A DNA stretch of 64,000 nucleotides from Lama glama (GCA_028534125.1 CM052816.1:9178001-9242000); one strand, 5' to 3'. Shown: positions 49,421-62,214, counted from the first letter of the stretch. Program-made: numbers and translations. The notes: generated by a model from the letters alone, not told the origin.

Positions 49421-50052
49421 TGATGAAGGAAAATGGATGTGGGGCGTGAGAAGGGCAGAGTCCCACATCTCGGTTGAGCCCCTGGGACATGCCCCACCAA
49501 GTGTGGGTCCTTGGCTTCGTGCAGGAAAGAATTCAAGTGCGAGCCACCGTTGAGTAAAGGTAGATTTATTTAGAGAGATACATACTGCATACATAGAGTG
49601 TAAGGCAAGAGATAGGCAAGGAAAGAGGTGTGGGGATTGGATGCTCGGGTTAAAGTAAAAGTAGGTACACACTCCATAGACAGAGTGTGGGCCATGTCCA
49701 AAGGGAGAGAGCAAAAAAGGCCACTAGGTGTGGTGTTGCCACTTTTTATGGGCTCAGTAGCTTCACACACCTACAGGTAAGACCATTTCAACTGTCCTGG
49801 GAAAGGGGCTGAAATTCCCAGAATTGGGCCACTGCCCATTCTTTAGCCTTTTGCGGTTAGCCTTGGGACTGTCATGGCACCTGTGGGCATGTTATTTGAT
49901 CACGCTGTTACAATGAGCATATAATGAAGCTCAAGTTCTGCTAGAAGTCAAACCTCTTAATCCTCAAGGCCAACTAGGAGGTGAATCTTCCACCATTTTG
50001 GTTGCTGTCATTCCTCGAGTGGCTGTGCCCTGCCCCCTTCCCTCCTGTCTCA
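49421..50052 (-). mobile_element. ERV1-like solo LTR, 632 bp, probably lineage-specific
   Basis: TGA...TCA termini; on the - strand a TATA-like CATAAAAA (about 49743-49750), AATAAA (about 49566-49571) and a U5-like GAATTCTTTCCTGCACGAAGCCAAGGACCC; retains CpGs. Confidence 0.85.
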
Positions 50053-50289
50053 ACTTTATGACACATACTCCTTCATGTATGTCTAGGCATCCAGTCCCCA
50101 CACCCTCTCAAGGAGGAGGAGGCAGCACCATCACAGCCTGGATCAGGGCCTTCTCATGACCGTCCACACTTTCATCTTGGCTTTTGCAGCTTGCAGCATT
50201 AAGCACAAACTCATAGCTTGGCATTTCAGGTGCTTCAGAATACAGTTCCAACATAACTTCCCAGTTTTATTTCTTTTTTTTGTTTTGTT

Positions 50290-50775
50290 TTGCTGTTCAC
50301 CTTAAAATTAATTTTTACTTGTATAAGTAATCCATAAGAATATTCTCTTTATGAAGATTTAAAATATAGAGGCAAATTTCAAGTTCTTTTTTTAAACTAC
50401 CATCTCCCCTTCCCCATCTGCAGCTCAGGTGCCTCACCGGAGGTAAGACTGCCCTTAATTTGCTGTGAATCCATCCTTTCAGACATTTCTATAATCTATA
50501 GATTTATGGATATGTCTAAAGAGTATATCAAACTGTAGAAAATATATAGAATCGTTCTGTGTTTTTTAATAAATAGAACATTGTATTGAATTGCTTTCAT
50601 TGAACGATTGACTAATTCCTCCACAATCCATTGGCCAGAAGCATCACGAGGCTCTGCCCAACTCAAGGTGGTGTATGTAGAGGTGGCGGTGGGAGACACC
50701 AAGATTGTAATCTTCCCTTGTGTCTGAGAAGAGGAGGACTGAGATGGTGAGTACTGGAAGCTTCTACCACTGATG
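50290..50775 (-). mobile_element. L1ME-like fragment (about 50290-50600) followed by an MLT1 fragment (about 50620-50772)
   Basis: atccatcctttcagacatttct..gtgttttttaataaatag..; ccattggccagaagcatcac..cttctaccac. Confidence 0.55.
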
Positions 50776-51396
50776 TGACTTTTAAATGTCCTTTAAAATT
50801 CCTCAAAGGAAAAGTGGAGTCATTAAAAAAAAATTGAAGAATGATATGTAGGGCATATACTTATGGCAAAAATAGGGGAGGTGGTATGAGAATGGACTTT
50901 CCAGCCTGAAAGCTCTGTCTTGCTGTGCTTCTTTGGGATTGTCAGATGTAGTGACAAAGGCTGTCAGCATCATCTGCAGAGATTTTCAAGCCCTCTGCTG
51001 CTGCCTGGGGCCCCCACCCAAGTTTACCAGGTTGTCCAGCCTGGAGGGATGCTGGCCTCATGATCCTTCTCCTCTCTACTCAGAAACCTCAGCTACGCAG
51101 CCCCCTCCCTGCAGTCCTCCTCCAGGCGTCCATCATAAGACCCACCACAGCCCCACCCCAAATGCCTGGAGACTGGCCCCAGGTAATGGCCTCTGGCTAG
51201 TCACCAGCATCCTGCACACACACTGACTCCTTCCCACCTAAACCTCCTATGGCTCCTGAAAATATGATATGGGACCATGCTTTGAAGAGGACTGTGTATT
51301 GTTTTGGCAAGGTTCTGTTTAAAGAAGTTTTGAAATGCAGCCAGATTGTGGAGCAGCTGCAGAGGCAGGGGAGAGAGAGAAAGGAGAGAGAGGAGT

Positions 51397-51423
51397 GGGT
51401 GGTAGGGGGTAAGGGGAGTGGGG
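51397..51423 (+). other. Canonical G-quadruplex-forming motif
   Basis: GGG TGGTA GGGGG TAA GGGG AGT GGGG fits G3+N1-7 four times. Confidence 0.6.
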
Positions 51424-51659
51424 AGGTGGTAGAATCCCTGACTTTCACTCTCAGTTCTTCATATTTCTTCTCATTTCTCATACTTTAAAATAAATGGTCA
51501 CTCTGGAGTGATGTCTGTCAAGTGGCACAAACAGGGCAGCTTTGCCGAGACTAAAGGTGTGAGGATCAAAAGATGGTTTTCAGCCCCCTGCGCCCAATAA
51601 ATGATATCTCTTAGTATGATTTGTAATGAAACATCACACTTGGTTTTTAAAAGCTCCCT

Positions 51660-52140
51660 TGTGAGGAGAGGCTATCAGATACTCTCACAGTCATTTTACA
51701 GATGTGGAAACTGAAGCTGAGAGAGTTAAAATGACTAGAGGTCATTTAACAAGTCCATGATGGTTACAAGGGTCAGGAACAAGGTCTGTGGACTTCCCAT
51801 CCTAGGTTCTTTAAACTGACACCCTACCACTCTGTTTATCTTCTAGTCAGTGATCTAAGAAAGATGCTTGTCTGATTTTTGTTTGTTTGCTTGTTTTAGC
51901 AAAAGGAAAATACCCTTTAACCCTTTTAGAAAGTCCTGCGGTCTTCACACTCGAAATACTCAGCCCCCAGGCTGAGAACCACTGCTCTAGGTACTCACAG
52001 CACTCTCCTACCGCTTACTGACTACATTTTCTGTGGACAGACCTGTCTCCACCAGGTCTAAGTTTGTCTGTAGGGTTGTCTGTTGTTCACCTTTGGACCT
52101 AGAGTGCCCAATAAGGTCCTGGTACACAGCAGACGTTCAA
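51660..52140. mobile_element. MIR (-, about 51660-51830) and L2 3' end (+, about 51990-52140)
   Basis: cattttacagatgtggaaactgaagctgagagagttaa; cctggtacacagcagacgttcaata. Confidence 0.7.
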
Positions 52141-53379
52141 TAGACGTCAGTCCTCTCATCCCCCCTAGAGAGCCGTGTTGTTGTCCACAGACGTTCGTTG
52201 AGCACTTCTGTGCAGGTGTGACAGGGCACTCACAGAGCAGTGGCCTGCCTTCATCATCGCAGCCACCACAGCACCAGGAATAGTGTCTTATACATTAGCA
52301 TTTTCTGGGAAATACTTTTTTGTTTTGTTGTGTTTTATTATTTTAACCAGGCCCTATCTTCTCTTGCCAAAATTGCTTCAAGGCAGGATCTGGAAGCCAT
52401 GGAGGACTTGAGCCAGTATTGCCAGGCACAGGGACAAGCAAGGCCTTGAAGAGTGTTTGAAATAATTTCTTAGGGGAGGAAACTGATAAGGTAAATGCCT
52501 GTTGGATTTACTTTTATCTATGCCAAGGAGGAATTACTCAGGGCTCTATAAAGATAAAGGAATCCTAGATGAGTAGATCTGGAAGGAGTTTCAGGGTGAC
52601 AGGTTGGGATGGGTGTGGAGTTTGCACAGGGTGCCAGTGATCACACACTCCCCAGCAAAGAGGAAGGATAAGGACATTGGGAGAAAGTGTGACATTGTCC
52701 CTCCCCTCATGTCCAGTTCTGTGGGGGTGGAAACTTGTCTCACGAAATGCTCAGGAAGGACACCAGAGAGGCTGCAAGATGCCAACCCGCTCACCCCAGA
52801 TTGGCATGGACATCTGAAAAGAAATGCTTTTTGGTCTGCTGGCTGAGCCACAGATCCCGCACAGAGGCAAGATGTGACGCGCAGAAGCGCATCAGGGGCT
52901 TCAAACCAGCCAAACGGGAAAAGGAAAGGCCCCTTCAATTGTTTGAGGGAGAAGAGGAAGACCGAAGGCAACATTATCTTTCATCAGCCACTCCCTGCAG
53001 GGGAATGAGCTTCCCGAAGAGTACAGCCTTCTCCTAGCAGGGCAGGGAGGAGCCTCCTCTTTCTTCACGAGAAAAGCCCAGTTCTGATCAGATATCAAAT
53101 CACTGACAACTGGGACTACCTTGGGGTCCAATCAAAGCCAGTCACTGGGTTAGCATTGATTATCTGCTTTGTCCTGTGTGTGCTTGCAGTATGTGTGGAG
53201 CGGGTGGGTATGGTGAGATTTAGGCTGTGAAAGTTCACCGGGTTTGTAAGGAGTCCTGGCTTCTGAGCTCTGGGCTGGGGACTCGGACAGGGTTGTGAGC
53301 CAGTTCTTGTCCCCAGGGGGCCAGAGGCCAGGAGGAGAGCCAGATATGCAGTGTTAACGACATCAGCAGTAGCCGCTGC

Positions 53380-53570
53380 ATTATTGCACCGTTGTTATCT
53401 CGCTTATCTCATTTATTCCTCGTAACAGCACTAAGAGATGTTATTCCTCACAGCAACACCAAATCACACCCACAAGGAAACAGGCTCAGAGGGCTTAGTT
53501 ACCTGCTCAAAGTCACCAAGGCAAACAGATGGTAGAAGAAAGACTCAAACCCAAGTCTGTGTGACTCATA
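53380..53570 (-). mobile_element. MIR SINE
   Basis: aaggaaacaggctcagagggcttagttacctgctcaaagtcac..actcaaacccaagtctgtgtgactc. Confidence 0.75.
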
Positions 53571-53578
53571 CTCTAAGC

Positions 53579-53813
53579 CTCAGGTTCTTAACTCAGGGTG
53601 ATTTTGGTCCTCTCTTCCACTCCTCAGGGGACACTGGCAATGTCTTGGAGGCATTTTTGGTTGTCACAACGTGGGAGATGTTTACTGGTTTCTGGAGGGT
53701 GGAGGCCACAGATGCTGTCAAATATCCTGTGATGCTCAGGTCAGCTCCACGCCCACCCCAGGAAGGACATACTGGGCCCAAAAGGTTAATTGTTCTGAGG
53801 CTGAGAACTGCTG
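53579..53813 (+). mobile_element. MER20 hAT-Charlie MITE with 8-bp TSD CTCTA(A/G)GC
   Basis: ggggtgattttg..ggggacactggcaatgtct..catttttggttgtcacaac..gaggccacagatgctg..gaggctgagaactgctg; TSD at 53571-53578 and 53814-53821. Confidence 0.9.
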
Positions 53814-56029
53814 CTCTAGGCCATCTCTGTTCACTGCATTAAAACAGGTCTCCACACTGCCCTGCGGCACCCCCGCCCCCAGTATGTTTAGTTCAGTTCC
53901 TCAGTGTTTCATTTATGGTACTCATCTCCATTATTTGTCGAATGAGTAAATGAGCAAATAAACCCATAGAGAAATTAAACACCCTGTGCAAGGTCACAAG
54001 AACAAATTGGCAAATAGTATTAAATCCTAGGTCTGTCTGCATCCTGATCATGTGCTCCTAACCCACATGCACAGGACTAAGATAATTTCAGTGTCGTGGG
54101 ACCGAGGATTGTTAGAGTCCAGTGCCAAATTCAGCCTGGGAGAGAAATGAGGGGCGGAAGAGGGAGATGAGAAGGCACTTGCAGATTGAGAGAAGACTCA
54201 GTGGAGAGTTTCCTAGATACTAAATAAAACGGCTTAAAAATGATCAGAATCAATCTTTCTCCCCATTTAGCAAAGATGGGCAATACAAAACTTATTTTCT
54301 CCCAGTCCTCAGGGACTCTGGGACTCTTATCCTTCCCCCAGATAATGTCTGGTGGCACCAAAATGCATGTTCAAGTCCTGGAGGCTCCCTGAAGTCAGGT
54401 TCTGGGCTGGCTCCATCTGGCAAATGCGGCCCTGGCAGCACTGTTCTCCTGCCTCGGCTTGTGTCTCCTCTGCAGCCCGCCTGCCTCCCAGCCAGAGCCT
54501 TTCAGGAGCCAATGTGGGAGCAAACTCGCATGACTCATGGCTGGCAAAGCTGTCAGGGTGAGGGGAGGCAGGGGCACAGAGGTCAAGGGCAGGGAACGAG
54601 GGGAAGGCAGGAGGAAGTGGGGCAGTGGATGGGCAGGAGGGAGCCACTGAGGGACAGATCAGGGAAGAAGGAAGCCAGAGAGGGAGGGGAGGTGGGAAGG
54701 AAGGAAATACTGGGGGAATAGTCACAATAGCAAAGACTTTGAGTGCTGACAGTTGCCTCAAATTGTGTGAAGTCCTTACGATGCATGACCACCTTTAATC
54801 CCGAAAACAAGTCTATGGGGTAGAGATTCTTCTCATCATGTCCTTTTTATGGATAAAACCCCCTAAACCCCCAAGTCAAACACCTTAACCAATCGAAGGA
54901 CACACAGGGAGTTGGCGGTGGGTTCAGATGGGGAGAAAGGAAGGGGCTGGTGTGGTGGACGGGTGGAGGAGAGGACACTGGGAAGGACAGAGCCAGGGAG
55001 GGGGGTGGGTTTGGAGGCATAAACTCAAGCGTTCTGTGGTGTGTGAAGGGCAGACAGCAGAGTCCTGGAAGCTAGACTCTGGCTCAGTGGCTTCACCAAG
55101 AGCTGTCTTTAACCAGCCTACTCACCCTGTGTCTTAGGATCAGCCTGAGAAGGCTCTGCTTGAATGGGCTTCCCTGACAGATTATATTAGAGATTCCTTG
55201 GTGACACGTGAGCCCAGGACAATTGCAACACCATTGTTAGATATTGATTCTTCCTTAGTAACACAAAATAAACAGGAGTCACGAAAATAATCCAATTTTG
55301 TTATGCTTGGGGGCAAAGGAAACAAAGAAAGGAAGTTATATTAACATAAATATGAGTAATTTCTATGTACTTTAATTTCTATGGGTCACTTGGGCATCTG
55401 TTATCTTGTGTGATATTCCCGTTTTGTGGTAGGCATCAGGCTCCACATTTTGCCAAAGAAGAAATGGGTCTGGAGAGAGGAACTTCAATTAGTGAGAATC
55501 CAGTATCCAAATTTGGATCTTCTCCATATCTTTAGCTCCTTCCTAAATACAAATCTTGGGCACCATATTGAAAGTCATACTCAGTGCCCCTTAAACGCAG
55601 TTAATTTTTTTCAAACTCATTTCCCAGAATGAGAAGTTCTGTGAAACAAGAGCCTGGCCAGTTTCTCATGAAGAGAAGATTAATGCTAGGATCTATTTAA
55701 AATCACATTGCTTATGTCAAATGACCTTTCAATAATTGTTTATAAAAGAGCTTATTTAAAATATAAAAAGCTGTTTCCCCCAAAAGTTGTATGTGTCCTC
55801 CTAGGAACAAATTAGTAGGAGCAAATAGTAGTGTTCTTGGAAATCCCTTGGATAAATAATTTGGCTCACACTGTTCCCTTTAGCCCCACCTCACCTGGGG
55901 CTACACCTTTGTTCCTCTCTTGAATCAGCTCTGCTGAAGTCCTATCTTATTCTCTGCTCTCTGGTTGCTTTTCTGTCCCTCTACTCCACCTCCCATATCC
56001 TCAGCTCCTGTGGATCTTTCTTTCCACAT

Positions 56030-56330
56030 AATTCCTTGGCCACTCCTATCCATAACCCTTAGAAAGCGAACCCCACAGGGCTGGGAACTGATTTTTCTTC
56101 ACTGTCATTGTGTCCTCAGCATGCTGCCTGGGTCATAGTAGTTGCACAATAAATATTTGTTGGATGAATGACTGCATGGGTCACCAGCTACTAAACACAG
56201 CCTGGCTGGCATTGTTCATGTGAGTTCTCTCTTTCTTTGTCTCTTCTATTTATATTCCTAATACTAACCTTGGTGCATTGAATAGGAGCTCTGTAAATGT
56301 TTGTCAAATGAATCAAGGAATGAAAGAAAT
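56030..56330 (+). mobile_element. Two L2 3' ends
   Basis: tgcctgggtcatagtagttgcacaataaatatttgttggatgaatga; taggagctctgtaaatgtttgtcaaatgaat. Confidence 0.7.
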
Positions 56331-56465
56331 ATTGTTTTATAAAACATGCTTTCAACAGAAACAGAATTTATCCATCTTGTGAAGAAATATCACATCTCCT
56401 CCTGTGTTCTGAAGAGAGTGGAGGTGGGGTGCTGGGGGTAGTTCACAATCTCCTTACATGGGTGC

Positions 56466-56610
56466 TTTTTTTTTTTAATTGTAGTTGATTTACAATGTTG
56501 TGTTTAGTTTCTGGTGTACAGCACAGTGATTCAGTTATACATGCATATATATTTTTCATATTCTTTTTTCATTATAGGTTATTACAAGATATTGAATGTG
56601 GTTCCCTGTG
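56466..56610 (-). mobile_element. Short L1 3' terminus with CpG-decayed TSD (CATGGGTGC / CATGGGCAC)
   Basis: Poly(T) then aattgtagttgatttacaatgttgtg..ctggtgtacagcacagtgattcagttatac..gttccctgtg. Confidence 0.85.
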
Positions 56611-58897
56611 CATGGGCACGTTTTTATGATGCATCTACATGATTGCAGATTCCTGTGCCAAGACTTTTGTATGTATTAACTCATTAAATTCTTATAGCCA
56701 ACCCTCTGAGGTAGAAATAGTTATTATTCCCATTTAACAGCTGAGGAAGCTGAGGCACAAAGAGCCACATCGTCAGGTCTCTCTGAAGCCTTATGGGTGC
56801 GCGTGGGGACATCTAGGCTGCCCCAGGGGTGCAAGAAAGGCACAAGACCGTGTGAAGATAAGGCAGGCTGTCAGTCAAGAGCCTGCCCTCCCTCTCCTAT
56901 ATCCAGAGCTGTTATTCTGTTAAATGTTTTACATACTGAGTTTCTGCAAAATATTTTTTTGTCTCGCAAAATATTTTTTTGTCTCGCTAGAAGAAAAGGC
57001 TTATAAGCAAACAAGCAAAAAGATATTTTAGTTTTACAGCTAGGAAGACTAAGACTTCAGGGATGTTAAATCCTTTGGCAATTGTCATCGGTGGCTAAGC
57101 CAGTTCTGAAAACCTCAGCCCCAAAGAGCCAGGAATCTATTTCCTGTGTCATGTTTCTCGGGTGCCCAGGTGTCTCCTTAGTGGTACTTGAGTTTGGTAT
57201 ATTCACTGACCACGACTTTTTGTCTAGAACTTTCATTTTCAGATGTACGTCCTGAGCAATACTGAGTAAAATAAGGTCAGTTACAAGGTAAATTTAGAAA
57301 TGTTTGTCTCAGGGAGTTGTTAGAGGAAAACAGGAAGGACACAGCAAAGCTGGACAAGGCAGGAAGTGGAAAGAGTGCTCAGGGCATTTGGAGAAGACCA
57401 GGGTGCGTGTGTGGAGGTGTGTGTGGGTGAGTGAGAGCAGGTCTCTGACCCTGGAATAAAAAGTGACAACATACCATAACAGTAACATTATATTTTTTGA
57501 ATGCCTAACATGTGACGTGTTCACAAAGCGAATTGCTTCACGTGCATCATCACTTGTAGCAGTGAGGTCAGTCTGTCAGTCATTCAGCTCTCCTCGTCTC
57601 CTTGAAGAGGAAGGGAAGCTTATAGAGCTGGTCAGCGCAGAGAGGAACTCAACCAAGGACTGTCTGGCGTCAGAGTGCATGCTCTGAACCCCTCAGCTAC
57701 ACTGTCAACGTGCCCAGAGTCACAGGACTCAGGCGTTTTTGTACCCAGGGGAAGCTCTTAGGACTGGGTCTGGTGCAGAGTTAGGGCCCCTGACCCCGAT
57801 TCAGGGACATGATGAAAAGCTTGAATTCGATCTACCTTTAGGGCAAGCTGAGCCAGTCTAGGAAGATTCAACAGCCTGGTACTCGGATGCCTGAGATACT
57901 GTGACTTGGACTTGGTTGCCTGGGGATTCTGTGACCAAGCCTTCCATTCCCCAGTTACAGATAAAATACAGAGATTCTTGGTGGCTGCGTTTTAGTAAGC
58001 CAGCAGGTTGGAAACTATGGCCGAAAGCAACCCTTGCATTTGTTATATAGCCTTTTAAGATTTTCAAAGTATTTCCCCTCTGTGTTTTTTCAAGATCATT
58101 AGAACAGATGGTACAACCCCCATTTGACAGATCAGATTAGAACATAGGAAACATATACTGAGAGTGACATCCATCTCAGAAGTGGTTGACTAAGAACGCA
58201 ATCTTTTGTCTTTTTTCGTATCATTTCCTCTTTGCCAGGCACTAGAACAGTGGAGGTCCTAGTAGGGGTTAGGGGTCTGAAGGGTAGGAGAGAAGCTCTG
58301 CAGAGGGGCCCAGTGTGGAAAGAAAAACCCACAAGTGACTTTTCAGAGGGTGCAGCACTGGCTGGCCCTGCTTCTCGTCGGCTGGGTGGGGCCCAGGGTT
58401 GCTGTGCCAGGAGGTATTTTTGTCTTGGTGTTTCAGCCCAGGCAGCTCCACTTGGAATGATTTATGGTGATTTCTTGGGTTTACTTTGTAAACACGGCCC
58501 ATACCACGGGAGGGAGTTACATTCCCAGGGTCCTCCTTCACGGGTGGTGTTGCTCTGAAATTGTTTTGCCTCGAGCTGATGCTACGCTGTTAAGTGTTCT
58601 CAAGTTGTTCAACCTAGAACGTTGGGATGGTGAGAGTTCTCGGAGGTTACCCAGCCCACCTGCCTCATTTTCTAGTTGGTGAAACTGAGACCTCCAGATG
58701 GGGAGGGGTTTGCCAGAGGCATACAGCCAGCGATAGCCAACGGCTAGGCTAGAATGCCTGCATACCCTCAAATGCTTCTTCCATCACTACTCTAGCTCCT
58801 AGGGGAGAACCCTGAGCACAGCGGATACAGGCTGCGGTTTCATGGAGCTCAGATAAATCAGGGGAGACTGACTAAACAGATCTTTAAAAACTGCTGT

Positions 58898-59700
58898 GGA
58901 CTATCACTTCACACCGGTCAGAATGGCTATTACCAAAAAGACAAGCGATAACAAATGCTGGCAAGTTTGTGGAGTAAATGGAAACTGGTGCACTATTGGT
59001 AGGAGAGTAAATTGGTGCAGCCACCATGGAAAACGGTATGGACGTTCCTCAAAAAGTTAAAAATAGAGCTATCATATGACCTAGCAATTTTAATTCTGGG
59101 TAATTATCTGAATAAAATGCTAACTCGAAAAGACATACGCAGCCAGTGTTTATTGCAGCGTTATTTACAGTAGACAAGATGTGGAAGCAACCTAAACATT
59201 CATTGATAGATGAATTGCTAAAGAAGATATGGTGTGTATATACAACGGAATATTACTCAGCCATAAAGAAGAACAAACTCTTGCTATTTCCGACAATGTG
59301 GAGAGACCTTGAGGGTATTATGCAAAGTAAAATAAATCACAGGTAGACAAATACTGTATGACTTCACTTTTATGTGGAATTTAAAAAACAAAGCAAATGA
59401 ACAAACATAGCAAAACCAAAACAGACTTAAAGATACAAACTGGTGGTTGCCAGAGGGGAGGGGGATGGGTGAAATAGGTGGTGAAGAGGATTAAGAGGTA
59501 TAAACTTCTGGTTATAAATAAGTCACAGGAATGTCATGCACAGCATAGGGAATATAGTCAGTAATATCATAATAACTTTGTGTGGTGACAGGTGGCAACT
59601 AGACTTATTGTGGTAATCATTTTATTATGTGTAAAAATATTGAATCACTATGTTGTATACCTAGAACTAACATAGTATTTTAAGTCAATTATACTACAAG
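58898..59700 (+). mobile_element. L1 (L1MA9-like) ORF2 end and 3' UTR, inserted in an antisense L2 (about 58800-60120)
   Basis: The ORF at 59146 (MFIAALFTVDKMWKQPK..YTTEYYSAIKKN) is the L1 ORF2 C-terminus; the 3' UTR ends gtcaattatactac; L2 words flank both sides. Confidence 0.9.
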
Positions 59701-60779
59701 TCACAAAACCCAGATAATTTAAAGTGTGCGGGGAAGGAGTAGAGCTGCTTTGAGGGCTTATAACAAGGTGTCTGCCTTGAGGGCATGAGGTTTAGAAGGA
59801 AGAGGAAGAGTTGGTGGTCTATGGAGCAGGAGAAGAGAACTCATTCTGCACAGCGGGACCAGCATGCACCCGAGGCAGGCAGAAGCATGAGTTTGAGACT
59901 CTGAAAATTGACAGGTGCAAGAGCCAGGGAGCACAGGGCAAGGCTGGGTGGGGGGGGGGCAAGGGAATCTGACAGGCCTCATGGAAATTTAGTTTGTATT
60001 CTAAACACAGTGGTGAGCCATGAGAGTTTCGAGCAGAAGAACAGGAAAGTGATGAGGTTTGGCTTGGCTTTTAAGTCAGATCCTTCCAGCTGATTTGAAG
60101 GGAATGGACTGTGGAGCACTGCTCTCTTGATATAGAGACTGGCTCCTTATCCTGTTCAAAGTGGCCTCCATGCCTCAGCGTCCCCCAGTAGTGTATGCAC
60201 CTCTGGGATAGTGGATTCCAGCTGTGGTTTCTTTTAGCACAGGTGTTAAACACAAAGCTGAGCACAGGACATGTGCCCTGTAAAATCCTTGTGCCCAGAA
60301 TTGGGGCATAAGCTAAACAATGGTGTCTTTGCTGATGTTTGAGGGACACAGTGGAAGCTGGCAGGGCCCGGAGGAAATGCCTAGGGTGGAGGAGGTGATG
60401 CCAAGGGATCAGGGTGCAACCTGGTGGACTTTGATGGCTGGCCTGGCCTGGGTCTCTTGACTTTAATAGGGACAAAGCTGTGTCTTCAAGTTCCTGTAAA
60501 CACAGGGAACTCCAGAACTATGAAAACTCAGACTCACAACAGCCTCTGTGTGCCAAGCAGGGACATCAGAATCTGGAATTTTCCACCCCTGATTTCCAGT
60601 TTAGAAAACCTAGATGTGGCTGCTCTAGAGAGGGCTCCTCTCAAACAGGTCTCAGTGCTTCCTTTTATAGGGAGTTTTATTGTTCAAAAAGCTATCTTAC
60701 ATCCTCTTTCTTTTTCCTGTCTCTCTGTCATTCTGTCTGTTTCCCTGACTGTCTGTCTCTCTTTCATTTTTTCCCTTAG

Positions 60780-61370
60780 GAAGCAGTGTGATGCAGTTAG
60801 AAGCAATGGCCTTTAAAGATGGGCAAGTCTGGGTTTGAATTGTGGCTTTTCCACTTGATAGGTGAGACACTTTGGGCACGTTTCCTAACCTCTTGGATTC
60901 TCAGTTTCCTCATCTGTAAAATGGGTATATTAATATTTTAATCATGGAGCTGCAAAGTTTGAATCAGGTAATATGCACAATACACATAAGAACTTGGCAC
61001 ATAGTGGGTGCAGAATAAGCCGCTATTGCTCATTCATTTGTTCAGTGTTTATCTGGTAGCTACTGTGGTCCAGGCCTTGGGCTCAGCACTGTGTCATAAT
61101 GCTGATCCCCAAAATGCCCCTTTCAAGTCTTGGGCAGGAATTAGTGTCCCCATATTCCCAACTCCAGCATGTGGTGAAAATGGCTCCCCTCAGGGAGGAT
61201 CTGGAAAGTGATCCCAGGTCTAGACGTGGGTCTAGATGCTGCCTAAGTGATGCTTCCAAGGACCCAGGCCCTCTCTTTTTGCCGTATTTTCCTCTTGGAG
61301 TTTCCTTGTTCAGTTCCATTGAAATGAAAAATGACATTGTGCCTACTTCAGTGTGGCAGGTCCTGGGCTA
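60780..61370. mobile_element. MIR (+, 60780-61030) followed by L2/MIR remnants
   Basis: ctttgggcacgtttcctaacctc..tcagtttcctcatctgtaaaatggg..ttggcacatagt. Confidence 0.75.
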
Positions 61371-61589
61371 GGTCCTACAAAGGACCACCAAGTTGAGTAA
61401 GTTGTGGGCCTTGGTCAGTCTGATGGTGCCCACAGGATGGCAACTGAGACGGTCATGGGACAAGACCTGCCCCAGCAGGAATGTCCGCAGGGGCCAATCT
61501 CTTTAGCGTGCTGGTAAAAGACTCAGTGTGCCTCCTAATTTCTGAAGCCTGTCATAGGAAGGAGGAATTACATGTTATTTTTGGGTCCC

Positions 61590-61850
61590 CTGGAGGCAGA
61601 ACCAGGGCCCAGGGTAGAAACACCATGAAGCGTATTTTGTCTCATTAAAGGAATGGAGCTTTTTAACATCTTCAGGTGTCCTTCAGTAGAAAAGGTTCTC
61701 TGGTAATCGGAGCAAGCTCCATCTCTGGGAATGCTCAGGCAAGGCTGGATAAACACCCACCAGGGTGTTGTAAAGGGAATGCCTGATTTGGGTGGGAGCT
61801 TTGATGGGATGACCTCTAGGCTTCCTAGTAGTAGCTCCATGATGCATGGG
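61590..61850 (+). mobile_element. L3/CR1 3' end
   Basis: gctccatctctgggaatgctcaggcaaggctggataaacac..gatgacctctaggcttcc. Confidence 0.6.
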
Positions 61851-62214
61851 TTCTAAGTTTCCATTGTCCACTCACACCACCTTCCCCTGGATGCCTGCCA
61901 GCTTCCTCCCTCTGGGGCTCACCCTGCAGCTTACCTCACTCCTTCCTGAACCCAGCTCTGGAACCTTGCCATGGCAACTTACCAACCCAGGTCCAAAGTG
62001 TCAGGCCACCGGGGCACGAGTGAAGTAGATTTCAGTCTGTGTTCTGGAAGGACAATTTAGTTTTGTTATCGAATCGGCCCCTTTTAAGTCTTCCCCTTTT
62101 GGGTATTTGAGTTTTCTTTTCTAGATTTATATTTCACAACATTTCATATAAAAAGATACACCAGCATCTGTTACTGTACTTTGAAGCTTGATTATTTTGG
62201 AAAATCTACAATCA

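Noticed and set aside
49052..49714. Longest ORF in the window (220 aa)
   Set aside because: It spans an LTR and an L2 remnant, has no ATG start and no recognisable domain.
649..54536. About a dozen AP-1 words (TGAGTCA/TGACTCA)
   Set aside because: Roughly 8 are expected by chance in 64 kb at equal base frequencies, and they are not clustered.
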